Assembly (NCBI GenBank): GCA_041750555.1
Contig: JBGSZB010000023.1
Span: forward strand, 1-34,085
From: Candidatus Dojkabacteria bacterium
Lineage (GTDB): Bacteria > Patescibacteriota > Dojkabacteria > J137
DNA length: 34,085 bases
Direction: 5' to 3'
Shown here one piece after another: positions 24,150-33,461 of the stretch (the stretch's first letter is position 1; every line of letters starts with the position of its first letter). Under the pieces are notes generated by a model, which did not search any database, had not been told where the DNA came from, and saw only the letters and a list, made by a program, of their open reading frames with translations. A program made the position numbers and the translations under genes.

Positions 24150-25925
24150 TCAATTTGTGTTTAGGTAGTATGTTTGGCTGTAAATAAAGTCATAAGTACC
24201 TCTAGCTGCTACCCATTCATTCCAAAAATATTTAAACCACCATCCACCTATCACTCTAGATTGTCCATTTGTTCCATACATATATACTCTCTTTACTCTA
24301 AGGGATGGGTCTCTTTCAAAAGATATACTACTTAAGCCTCCAATAGCTATCATCCATTGACCTAATCCATTATGGTATAACATATCTTCAATATCCCCTA
24401 TTGAATAAGAAAATGTTTTCCAATTCCATAGTCCGCAAGCAGAATCTTGACAATAATAGTTCCAATACATTCTAGAAACTTGAGCAAATTGATTATCATT
24501 TACTGAAGTTAAATATGGTCTACTTGCAGTTGCATTTCCCTCTAATGTTTGGAACCTAGTATCGTAATCTGCAGTACCATTCCCTTGGTTATTATCTGCA
24601 GAGTAAAGAGCTTCAATAAAATCTCCTCCATACATCATTACTTGACCACTTGTAGCTTGTGCAATTGAGAGTTCACTAGTATCACCATTTTTAAAATAAC
24701 TAACCTGACAATATGTTGTAAGACAAATTGGATAATTAGGATTACCATTACCTGTATATTTTGCAGCATAAGTTCTAGCTGCAATAATCTGTGCTTTTCT
24801 AGCTTCTATTGGCCAACTTTCAGGCATCTCTCCTAGCCCTGCTAAATATGTATCAAAAGATACTCTTTCAGTTACTGGAGCTCTACCATCATTACAACCA
24901 TCTTGATATGGGTCAAGAGCCGGATTACTTTGACAATACTTAACTGATATCTCACTACTTAATCCACTTGAAGTTAAAGCTGATCCTGGATAGTAAAATT
25001 CTAAAATTTGTTGTGCATTCCAACCTAAATCAGCTGCTCCTTTTGCACCATATTGAGACATACCAACACCATGTCCCATTGCTAAATCTCTACCATTACC
25101 ACAAAAATACATGCTTCCACTTGGTGCACTTGGATCATTTGTACAATTACTGTTTCCTAAAGTTCCTTGATTTAATCTTAACAATTCCTCCTCTCTTAAT
25201 ATTGCAACTCTTTGCTCTTCTGATAGGGATAGGATATTACCTTTAATGCTACTTATTTGGCCCTCTAGTGACCCTATTTGACCTCCTGCGTAAGAGAGAG
25301 CACTATTGTAGTAGGCTATCTGAGCTTCTAAATCCTGTTTCTTTTTTTCTGTATCAGATTTCTTGTTATTTAACTCTTCAGCCCTATCTTCAAAATCTAG
25401 GATATCATCATTTAATCCTGCAATTTCACTACTAACTACAGTTATATCTGAGTTTTGTTTATTTAAAATTACCGAAGCATATTTTTCAGCCAACTTTCTA
25501 TCTAAATTCTCTTTTAGAATTTTGTTAATATCAGTATCTTTAACTCTCCAATCCATGTAATTGGTTTTTATAGAATTAATTCTAGTTAATTCTCTTTGTT
25601 CTCTTTCTAATTCTTTAATTACCTTATTCTGATTAAATATCTCTAACTCTAATTCATAGTACTCTATCTCTTTCTCTAACTTTTTTAATTCGGCTTCTAG
25701 AGTTGGTAATCCAACTTCTGCATTATCTATTACTGATTCATAATCTTTAATTGCATTATTTAATTGATTTAATTCAATTTCCTTTTGCTCTAACTCTTTT
25801 TGTTGGTTATTTATATCGTTATTTATTTCAGAAGTTGATCTTGCATTTACTAGGTTGTATGGGAATAAAAAAAGCAGAATTAAGCTTCCTAAATATATTG
25901 GTTTTAAAAATTTAAGTAACTTCAT
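24150..25925 (-). CDS. Secreted coiled-coil plus SpoIID/LytB-family peptidoglycan lytic transglycosylase
   Basis: Signal peptide, long heptad region, GHGVGMSQYGA..ILEFYYPG, YLAGLGEMPESWPIEARKAQIIAARTYA, CLTTYCQV. Confidence 0.85.
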   Translation of the reverse strand: MKLLKFLKPIYLGSLILLFLFPYNLVNARSTSEINNDINNQQKELEQKEIELNQLNNAIKDYESVIDNAEVGLPTLEAELKKLEKEIEYYELELEIFNQNKVIKELEREQRELTRINSIKTNYMDWRVKDTDINKILKENLDRKLAEKYASVILNKQNSDITVVSSEIAGLNDDILDFEDRAEELNNKKSDTEKKKQDLEAQIAYYNSALSYAGGQIGSLEGQISSIKGNILSLSEEQRVAILREEELLRLNQGTLGNSNCTNDPSAPSGSMYFCGNGRDLAMGHGVGMSQYGAKGAADLGWNAQQILEFYYPGSALTSSGLSSEISVKYCQSNPALDPYQDGCNDGRAPVTERVSFDTYLAGLGEMPESWPIEARKAQIIAARTYAAKYTGNGNPNYPICLTTYCQVSYFKNGDTSELSIAQATSGQVMMYGGDFIEALYSADNNQGNGTADYDTRFQTLEGNATASRPYLTSVNDNQFAQVSRMYWNYYCQDSACGLWNWKTFSYSIGDIEDMLYHNGLGQWMIAIGGLSSISFERDPSLRVKRVYMYGTNGQSRVIGGWWFKYFWNEWVAARGTYDFIYSQTYYLNTN

Positions 25926-27375
25926 TTATTAAAATTACCTGTCTTATATTCTTATATTTTTCTACGATTTCGTCAAATTGATGATTAAATTGGACAACAA
26001 AAACAGGAAGCTCTAGCTCTACTTTTTCACTTTTCATCTCTTTATCTATGTTGTCTTTATACATACCTACTAGGTTATTAATTGATATATTCTTTAAGGT
26101 AGTAGAATTATCTATATTTTCTTTTTCAATTTTTAATATATCCACCTCTCTTCTTTTTTTATACATTTCATCTTGATTGTTAATATTATTATCATTAAGT
26201 GACTTTAATATCTCTATTTCTCTCTCTAGGGATTTAATATCTTTATTAATCTTATCAATATCTCTACCACCTAGTTGTTGAGTTATTAAGTTATTTACTT
26301 TATCTATTTCTAATTTAATAGCATTTGATATTGCAGAAGCTTTAAACGTTTCCAATTCATTTAAGTTATTATTACTAGCTATTACATTTACTTTAATATT
26401 ATCTTCGTATTTATTTTTCTTTCTAAAGTTCTCTTTTTTATACCCAATTATTTGTAATGTGATATATATTAATATCATTGATATTAATATTGTTAAACTT
26501 GCTAATAGTGTTGTGAGCGAAGAAGTTAATATTGTTAAGTATCCACCAACTACTACTTCTATTACGATAAAAAGGAGTAACCATTTATACCTCAATTTAA
26601 ATTCTTTATTGTCTTCTCCTCTATATACATTATTTATTTGTTCTCTTTTTACATTTTCTAACTGATTTATTGTTTGAGTATATTTATCAAGTTTTAATTG
26701 CTCTATATTTTTATTGTTTATGAGGCTTCCTATACTGTTTTTGTATCTTGATTCTAATTGCTCCTTACTAGTTAATAATTCAGTTGTTGAAGATACTTTT
26801 TGTTTTAATTGTTCTAAATGTTTCTCTTTATCTTTTAGTAATTTTTCATTTAATTCTCTGTTATCTTTATTCTTTTTTAATCCCTCTATCTCTTTTTCAA
26901 TATTATTTATTCTATACGATATTTCTATATATCTACTTAATTTATTCTTATCATTGTCATTTGTTAATAAAGCTTTAACCCTTTCAAATTCTTGTTCGTA
27001 TATATTTTGATTATTTAAGGATAATTGTTCATACGGAGAAAAGTTAAGTAGTGTATCTACACTATTTCTTTCATCTTCTGTTAAAACTTGTATATGTTTT
27101 TTAAATTGTTCAAATGATATATTTATTCCTAATCTATCTTTTAAAAGAGATATGAAGTTTTTTATTTCGTTATTCTCTCCTATTCTTTCTATGTTATTAC
27201 TTGAATCTATTGAGGTGTTATCAAAGCTATATTCTATTTCAAATTCAGCTGGTCTTCTCTTTATTAATAGCTCTATTAATATATTAGTATCTTTATATGC
27301 TAAATCAAGGATATTAGAGAATATATATTCTTTATTAGAATTAAATATTTTAATTCTTTTAATTATTAATTTCAT
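25912..27375 (-). CDS. Membrane coiled-coil protein with central TM hairpin (degenerate SMC/YhaN-like layout)
   Basis: Coiled coil, two TMs, coiled coil; no intact Walker A. Confidence 0.6.
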   Translation of the reverse strand: MKLIIKRIKIFNSNKEYIFSNILDLAYKDTNILIELLIKRRPAEFEIEYSFDNTSIDSSNNIERIGENNEIKNFISLLKDRLGINISFEQFKKHIQVLTEDERNSVDTLLNFSPYEQLSLNNQNIYEQEFERVKALLTNDNDKNKLSRYIEISYRINNIEKEIEGLKKNKDNRELNEKLLKDKEKHLEQLKQKVSSTTELLTSKEQLESRYKNSIGSLINNKNIEQLKLDKYTQTINQLENVKREQINNVYRGEDNKEFKLRYKWLLLFIVIEVVVGGYLTILTSSLTTLLASLTILISMILIYITLQIIGYKKENFRKKNKYEDNIKVNVIASNNNLNELETFKASAISNAIKLEIDKVNNLITQQLGGRDIDKINKDIKSLEREIEILKSLNDNNINNQDEMYKKRREVDILKIEKENIDNSTTLKNISINNLVGMYKDNIDKEMKSEKVELELPVFVVQFNHQFDEIVEKYKNIRQVILINEVT

Positions 27376-27437
27376 TATGTATATTCTACAGGGAAACTAT
27401 GTTAAGTGAAAGTTAATAGATATTGAATTAGTTAAGT

Positions 27438-28268
27438 TTAGAAGAACAGATCATATTGATCTTGTAAATCACTAGCCCATTTTGAATCTACCCATACATT
27501 ATTTGTCGCAGTACCCCTTCCAGTTGCACAAATAAAGTATCTATTTGGATCTGGTAAGACCACCGAAGGAACTCCCTCTTTTTCTGGGAACAAGCTTTGA
27601 CAAGTTACTGTTTCACCTACTTTACCACAAGCCTGACCTTCCTCTATTACTGTATTACTTGTACAAGCTGTTTGTAACTTAGCTTCAGTTCCAGTACACA
27701 ACGTTGTAAAGAAGAATTGAAATCCTGGCATATTTACATCATAGCAAGCTACATCATCGTTAACTCCTAGCAAATTGAATACAGTAGTTAATATTGGTAC
27801 AGCTAAAAATACTAATGCAAACCCTATTATATAGTTAATTATTCTCTTTCTAACTTTAACTAATTCTTGATCAGATGTACCACCTCTTAACATGTATTCA
27901 AATCCTACACCTACAAGTAATATAAAGGAGAATGCACCAACTACTGCCCATACTACATAAAGAATTCTTACAAACCATACCTCTATTTGTTGAAGAGTTG
28001 GGGGTATTAATACTGCTCTATCATCACCTGCTATACCATCATTATTTACACCTTCACATAAAAAGTATCCTGAAATATCATCTTTGTAGATTATACTTTG
28101 TGAATCTTTAATTATTATTCCTCTTTCATCAAAACATTGGTAAGACTCTGCACTATTACCAGAGAAGTCAAAGAATTGAATTTGGGCCGAGACTTTACTA
28201 AAAGGTAATAAGGATGTATATATCAGTAATGATAATATAAATATAGATGATAATTTAACTATCTTCAT
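27438..28268 (-). CDS. VirB2/TrbC-like pilin with Cys-rich flanking domains
   Basis: Signal peptide (..VSA-Q), TM-GFEYMLRGGTSDQELVKVRKRIINYIIG-TM. Confidence 0.7.
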   Translation of the reverse strand: MKIVKLSSIFILSLLIYTSLLPFSKVSAQIQFFDFSGNSAESYQCFDERGIIIKDSQSIIYKDDISGYFLCEGVNNDGIAGDDRAVLIPPTLQQIEVWFVRILYVVWAVVGAFSFILLVGVGFEYMLRGGTSDQELVKVRKRIINYIIGFALVFLAVPILTTVFNLLGVNDDVACYDVNMPGFQFFFTTLCTGTEAKLQTACTSNTVIEEGQACGKVGETVTCQSLFPEKEGVPSVVLPDPNRYFICATGRGTATNNVWVDSKWASDLQDQYDLFF

Positions 28269-28317
28269 TAAAGAACACCCTTATGTAAGATTTATATATT
28301 TTTCAAAAAGCACCTAA

Positions 28318-28812
28318 TTATTCAGGATCAAGAATATCATCAATTATACCTGGAGTCTCTTGACCTTGTTGTAGACCTCCTAGTGCATCAAAAATTACTA
28401 ATATAAGGACTAAGCCAATAATTCCGACGAATAAAGCAATTAACCCAACAAATGCACTTTTAATAGCTTTTTGAGCTTCTTGAATCTTTGTTTCATCACC
28501 TTCACTTCTAATATATTTAACAGCAGCTTTAATAATTATGTAAACTGCAATAATAATTATTCCTACAAATATTAAAGATAGGGCAAACTGTCCTAATTCA
28601 ATAAGTTGATCAACTAAAGTCCTAGGAGTTGGAACTGTAGAGGTTCCACATATACTATCAATATTCAAAAAACCAATTTGTTTAATAAAAGGGAAAACAT
28701 CACACAACACACTGTCAGCCTTTACCACCCCATTACTAACTAATGGTGATACTGGTAATAACAGAGTTAGAGATAAACCTAATGTTAATAATAATGTTCT
28801 GAAAACCTTCAT
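28318..28812 (-). CDS. VirB2/TrbC-like pilin
   Basis: Signal peptide (..VKA-D), TM-YIRSEGDETKIQEAQKAIKSAFVG-TM. Confidence 0.8.
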   Translation of the reverse strand: MKVFRTLLLTLGLSLTLLLPVSPLVSNGVVKADSVLCDVFPFIKQIGFLNIDSICGTSTVPTPRTLVDQLIELGQFALSLIFVGIIIIAVYIIIKAAVKYIRSEGDETKIQEAQKAIKSAFVGLIALFVGIIGLVLILVIFDALGGLQQGQETPGIIDDILDPE

Positions 28813-28874
28813 CGTATATATATTAAAAGATATTTATGTTATTTAATCACAAACAAAATATATTTGCAACAAAT

Positions 28875-29291
28875 TTAAAGCACTGGCTCATTAATTAATG
28901 GAATATCCTCTGGTTGACTTAAACTAAAGATTCCTTCAGCATTAAACAGTACTGTAATAATTACAACACCAATAATTCCAATAAAGATAACAATTAAACC
29001 AATAAATACACCTCTAATGCTTTGACTACCCTCTTGAACTTTACTGGCATCCCCTTCACTTCTAATAATCTTTAAGGCAGCTCTAATAATTAAAAACACC
29101 CCATATATTATTATCCCTACAAAAATTAAAGTAGCTCCCCATCTAAATATATCTGTTGTACTTCCTAATGCATTACAAGATCCATCAGCACAAACACCCT
29201 GACATGGAACGAAGTCACAAATACCTTGTGCAAAGACAGTATTGGTTGGAATTAATAAAAACAATATTAGAGCTAAAACAACTTTTTTCAT
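28875..29291 (-). CDS. VirB2/TrbC-like pilin
   Basis: Signal peptide (..VFA-Q), TM-IIRSEGDASKVQEGSQSIRGVFIG-TM. Confidence 0.8.
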   Translation of the reverse strand: MKKVVLALILFLLIPTNTVFAQGICDFVPCQGVCADGSCNALGSTTDIFRWGATLIFVGIIIYGVFLIIRAALKIIRSEGDASKVQEGSQSIRGVFIGLIVIFIGIIGVVIITVLFNAEGIFSLSQPEDIPLINEPVL

Positions 29292-29306
29292 TATCTAATC
29301 TTAAAA

Positions 29307-29837
29307 TTAAAGCCTACTTGATCCAGCCCCATTTGGACTAGCATACCCACATAATTTATCTGCTTGTTCTGTAGCATTTGATCCCTCTTGATCTAAATAC
29401 GCTTGATAATAGTAATCATAATCTGGGTAGTCACAACTCCTAAACATCCTTGGCCACTCAAATACAGTACCTATACCTGCAAATATACCAATAATACTTA
29501 AAATTACAGGAAATAGTAAGCTTAGGAATACACCAAGTAAAATGTTTTGTAACTTTTTAAAAACAGCTTGTAGTGCTTCTGGTTTACCTTCACTCTTAAA
29601 TGCTTCAATACCAATAATTAAAATTCTGTAAATCCAAAAGATAACAATAGCAATAGTTGCAAAAATACCAATAGCTGATAGAAATGAAAATACCGTAGCA
29701 CTACCAGGTTGTAGAGGTCCAAAATCTATAAAAACGGGGATAACAATATCTTCTAATAGATTTGCACCTGTATCAAATTCCTCAACTACTACCGTATCTG
29801 CTGCTAAAACAATTGTATTTATTAAAGATAGAATCAT
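29307..29837 (-). CDS. VirB2/TrbC-like pilin with C-terminal extension
   Basis: TM-AFKSEGKPEALQAVFKKLQNILLG-TM. Confidence 0.7.
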   Translation of the reverse strand: MILSLINTIVLAADTVVVEEFDTGANLLEDIVIPVFIDFGPLQPGSATVFSFLSAIGIFATIAIVIFWIYRILIIGIEAFKSEGKPEALQAVFKKLQNILLGVFLSLLFPVILSIIGIFAGIGTVFEWPRMFRSCDYPDYDYYYQAYLDQEGSNATEQADKLCGYASPNGAGSSRL

Positions 29838-29846
29838 ATATTTTTA

Positions 29847-30461
29847 TTATTTTATCACAATTACAGGACCATCAACTTCTGTAGTTGGATCTACATCAAG
29901 TTGTAGTTCAGCTAGTGATGGTAACCCTAAAATATTAAACACTAATTGAGTAATGAATAAGAAACTAACTGATAAGATAAAGCCAATAACAATAGCTTTA
30001 GCTTCTTTACTAATTGAAGCTAAATTTTCATCTGTTGTTGCATTAGGCATCTTAATTGCAAAGATATAAATACCTCTTAATGCTGCATAAATTGCAATAA
30101 TCGCTAAAAATGTAGAAAACCCTAAATTAATTAATGTAGGTAACTTTTCATAACTAATTTCAACCTTAGTATTAAAAATATCTATACTGTAATACACAGG
30201 GTCAATTGGATTATCTTTATTATCCTCTGCTTTAGGACACTTATTCTCACAACAATCTGCCTGCCCTGAAGTTGGGGTATTTAATATTCTAGATAGGACA
30301 CAAGTCATATCAGGAACCATATCATCTGCTTCGCATTCTATACCACTTTGATCAAAATATTCTTTAGGAGTACAAAACTTAGCTTCAACAGTATTTAAAC
30401 TACCTAAAAAGGTAAATGATGATATTAAAAATATTAATGTTATTAGAATTTTAAATTTCAT
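29847..30461 (-). CDS. VirB2/TrbC-like pilin with Cys-rich N-terminal domain
   Basis: Signal peptide (..VEA-K), six Cys, TM-KMPNATTDENLASISKEAKAIVIG-TM. Confidence 0.65.
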   Translation of the reverse strand: MKFKILITLIFLISSFTFLGSLNTVEAKFCTPKEYFDQSGIECEADDMVPDMTCVLSRILNTPTSGQADCCENKCPKAEDNKDNPIDPVYYSIDIFNTKVEISYEKLPTLINLGFSTFLAIIAIYAALRGIYIFAIKMPNATTDENLASISKEAKAIVIGFILSVSFLFITQLVFNILGLPSLAELQLDVDPTTEVDGPVIVIK

Positions 30462-30465
30462 AGTT

Positions 30466-30837
30466 TTAAAATAAATTTAAGGTTTCTACACCTAAGAAAC
30501 TAGCTACAATACCTGATATTGCAGGTGCAAATACAGCAATAGATAAACCAATAATCGCTGCTACAATAATGTTCCTAGCTTTTTGAATCTTAGTATCATC
30601 CCCTTGAGAAGTTAACCAAACGTATGCAGCATAAAGCATCATTCCAATGAAAGTTAATATAAACAAGGGTCTAATAAAACTTACTAATGCATTAACAACA
30701 TCTTCAAGAGATTTATATATACTAATTGATGGAAACTGCGCTGAAAAACTTTGAGCACTAACCCTAAAAACAAATAAACTAAAAACACTTAAGATACTTA
30801 GTAAAACTACACTTAATCTTCTTTTTAAACTTTTCAT
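30466..30837 (-). CDS. VirB2/TrbC-like pilin, minimal form (start reassigned to MKSL at 30837)
   Basis: Signal peptide (..VSA-Q), TM-WLTSQGDDTKIQKARNIIVAAIIGL-TM; closest to the CPR T4SS-pilin consensus. Confidence 0.85.
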   Translation of the reverse strand: MKSLKRRLSVVLLSILSVFSLFVFRVSAQSFSAQFPSISIYKSLEDVVNALVSFIRPLFILTFIGMMLYAAYVWLTSQGDDTKIQKARNIIVAAIIGLSIAVFAPAISGIVASFLGVETLNLF

Positions 30838-30875
30838 AAAGTTATTATATAAATAATACAATAATAAGTAAAAAC

Positions 30876-33461
30876 TTAACCCTCACTAACAATATCTAAT
30901 CCCTTTAAAGTTACATTGCTTCCATCTTTAATATTACCAGTAATAATCCTATCCGCTATCTTATCTTCAATATTCTCTTGGACAACCCTTCTTAATTCTC
31001 TTGCTCCAAAGGATAAATCGTAACCTAACTGAGATAACTTACTTAAAGTATCACTATCCCAATTTAAAACAATACCTCTCTCACTTAATTTAATATTTAT
31101 CTCCCTTAAAAACTTTTCAACAACTTTAGATACTTCAATAATAGTTAAATGTCTGAATAAAACAATCTTATCAAATCTATTTAAAAATTCTAATCTAAAG
31201 TTTTGTTTTAAAACTTCCATTGAAACTTCTTTAATCTCTGTATAACTCTTTCTCTCTTTATACAACTTTTCAATCTCTTTTGAAGCAGTATTTGAAGTCA
31301 TAATAATAATTGTATTAGTAAAATCTACTCTTCTAGATAAACTATCAATTAAAAAACCATCATCTAATACTTGTAAAAATAGATCTAAAACTTTTGGATT
31401 AGCTTTCTCAATTTCATCTAAAAGTATTAGTGAGAATGGTCTAGCCCTTACTGCTTCACTTAAAAATCCTCCAACAAACTCTCCTTCTTCATTTAAATAT
31501 CCAATTAACCTTCTTAAATTCTCTTCTTCTGAATATTCAGACATATTAATTCTAACCATAAACTTATCACTACCGTAGTAATTAAGAGCTAATGATTTAG
31601 CTAACTCAGTTTTACCAACTCCTGTAGGTCCATAAAAAAGAAATGATGCAACTGGCCTATTCTTGTTATTTAACCCCCCTCTATTTCTTTTAATAGCAGA
31701 TACAATTGAAGATATTGCTTCATCTTGACCAATAACTTGGTTAGATAAATTAGTTTCTAAACTCATTAATATTTCAGATTCATCTCTTTTTACAGCACCT
31801 ACACTTACTCCTAATTTCATTTTTAAATACTCTTCAATAGCACTTGAATCTAAATAATTAAGTTTTTTAGATTTAACTTCAATTACATTCTCTAATAAAA
31901 TATCAATACCCTTTTGAGGCATTAATTTTTCATAATCAAATCTATATGAATAATCTATTATTCTCTTTAATGCAGAGAACCCTATCTCTATAGAATACTT
32001 TTTCGAAATAGCTTCAGATTCATCTGCTAATATCTGTAATGCAACTTGTGGATCAGCTTCTTTAAATTCTAAAATATCAAATTTAGAAACTAACTCCCTA
32101 TATGGCTTTATATACGTTTGGAAATTAGCAAAGTTATCGCTAGCTATAATTTTAATCTTAGTTTTGTTTAATAGATCAACAATTAAAGATACTAATTCAG
32201 ATTTAATCTCTTCTCTGAATGAAAATATACTAGAAAACTTTTCTAATACAAGAATAATATTTCCAGAAGATTGAATCTCACTAAAGATTTTAATAATAGT
32301 ACCTTTTAAATCATTAATATCTTCCTTTTCAGAAAACAATTTATTAAAGTTTACTAATACTAATCTATACTCCCTTAAGGCTTGTGGCATATCTTCTACA
32401 ACCATCTTAGTGGCTAAGTATTTAATAAAACGGGTTTTCCCAGTACCACTATCTCCTAAAAGCATAACTGCGGTATATGTTTCTCTTTCCAATAGGGTAA
32501 CTAACCTTCTCATTTCATCATCTCTTCCAATTGATACAACAAAATCTCTTGATGACTTATTATTTGTTAAATCTTCTCCCAGAGAATCTAGTGTTGGAGT
32601 ACCTTTAGATGTATATGATAAATTAACATCTCCACTAGGTTTTAATTTAGAAAGTAGTTTCCATTTATTAAAGTACTCTCTTTTTTGATTTTCATTAATA
32701 AACCATTTTCTAACTCCATCAAGCTCTACATCTGTTATCTTGTAATCCCATAAATAATCTCTTAAATAAAATTTAATTAATACAAAAAATATTGAATATT
32801 TATTAATATTTTTTAAATTTAAAACCATACTTTCATTAAATATTCTTGTAAAGAAATCTATATATCCATTAACAGCAGTTTCACCTCTAAATCCATCTAA
32901 TTTACTAACTAATTCATTAGGAGCTATTCCAAGTCTTGTAGTTAATATATTTTTAATATTACTATCACTTAATAATTTTAAGGATATATCTTTAATAAAG
33001 TTGGAATTAAGATCTATTAAAGAACTATTAAGAATTAATGTAGCTTGATAATCTATAAAATCATTAATTAAGTAATTATTATTTAACCGCTTTTCTATAT
33101 CAGTTCTTATATTCTCAAGAGATAACTTAATTCTCGTATTATCTATTAAGTTTTTATCTCTTTTAAAATATAGTCCAGATAAAACGCCTAATAGCATTAG
33201 AGTGGGAAGTAATTGTAGTAGAGTTTTTGGATTTAATATATTTATTAAAAGTAATTCTCCTTCAATAAATAGTAAAAAAAGATTAATTAATATTGAAAAT
33301 ATAGATAGTAGAAATATTAAGTTACCAAATTCTTTCTCATTTTTTTCTTTAATTGCCCTCTTACCATTAAGAGCTGTTAATAGTGATAAATCAATAAATA
33401 CTTTTATACCTTTGTATTCAAATAGCTCTCTTCTTTTTTTTAATTCTTCAAAGTTATCCAT
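30876..33461 (-). CDS. ClpA/ClpB-family double AAA+ ATPase with N-terminal TM helices
   Basis: Walker A GDSGTGKT and GPTGVGKTELAK, VIGQDEA, ILLDEIEKA, IIIMTSN, EFLNRFD, GARELRR. Confidence 0.9.
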   Translation of the reverse strand: MDNFEELKKRRELFEYKGIKVFIDLSLLTALNGKRAIKEKNEKEFGNLIFLLSIFSILINLFLLFIEGELLLINILNPKTLLQLLPTLMLLGVLSGLYFKRDKNLIDNTRIKLSLENIRTDIEKRLNNNYLINDFIDYQATLILNSSLIDLNSNFIKDISLKLLSDSNIKNILTTRLGIAPNELVSKLDGFRGETAVNGYIDFFTRIFNESMVLNLKNINKYSIFFVLIKFYLRDYLWDYKITDVELDGVRKWFINENQKREYFNKWKLLSKLKPSGDVNLSYTSKGTPTLDSLGEDLTNNKSSRDFVVSIGRDDEMRRLVTLLERETYTAVMLLGDSGTGKTRFIKYLATKMVVEDMPQALREYRLVLVNFNKLFSEKEDINDLKGTIIKIFSEIQSSGNIILVLEKFSSIFSFREEIKSELVSLIVDLLNKTKIKIIASDNFANFQTYIKPYRELVSKFDILEFKEADPQVALQILADESEAISKKYSIEIGFSALKRIIDYSYRFDYEKLMPQKGIDILLENVIEVKSKKLNYLDSSAIEEYLKMKLGVSVGAVKRDESEILMSLETNLSNQVIGQDEAISSIVSAIKRNRGGLNNKNRPVASFLFYGPTGVGKTELAKSLALNYYGSDKFMVRINMSEYSEEENLRRLIGYLNEEGEFVGGFLSEAVRARPFSLILLDEIEKANPKVLDLFLQVLDDGFLIDSLSRRVDFTNTIIIMTSNTASKEIEKLYKERKSYTEIKEVSMEVLKQNFRLEFLNRFDKIVLFRHLTIIEVSKVVEKFLREINIKLSERGIVLNWDSDTLSKLSQLGYDLSFGARELRRVVQENIEDKIADRIITGNIKDGSNVTLKGLDIVSEG

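Noticed and set aside
23468-25925. Alternative genetic code 25 (UGA = Gly)
   Set aside because: Long conserved genes translate intact in code 11, and TGA ends genes at 24150 and 23468 next to downstream starts.
28268-28277. boxA-like TGTTCTTTAA at the start of the last pilin gene
   Set aside because: A single 10-mer in AT-rich DNA overlapping the ATG; chance cannot be excluded.
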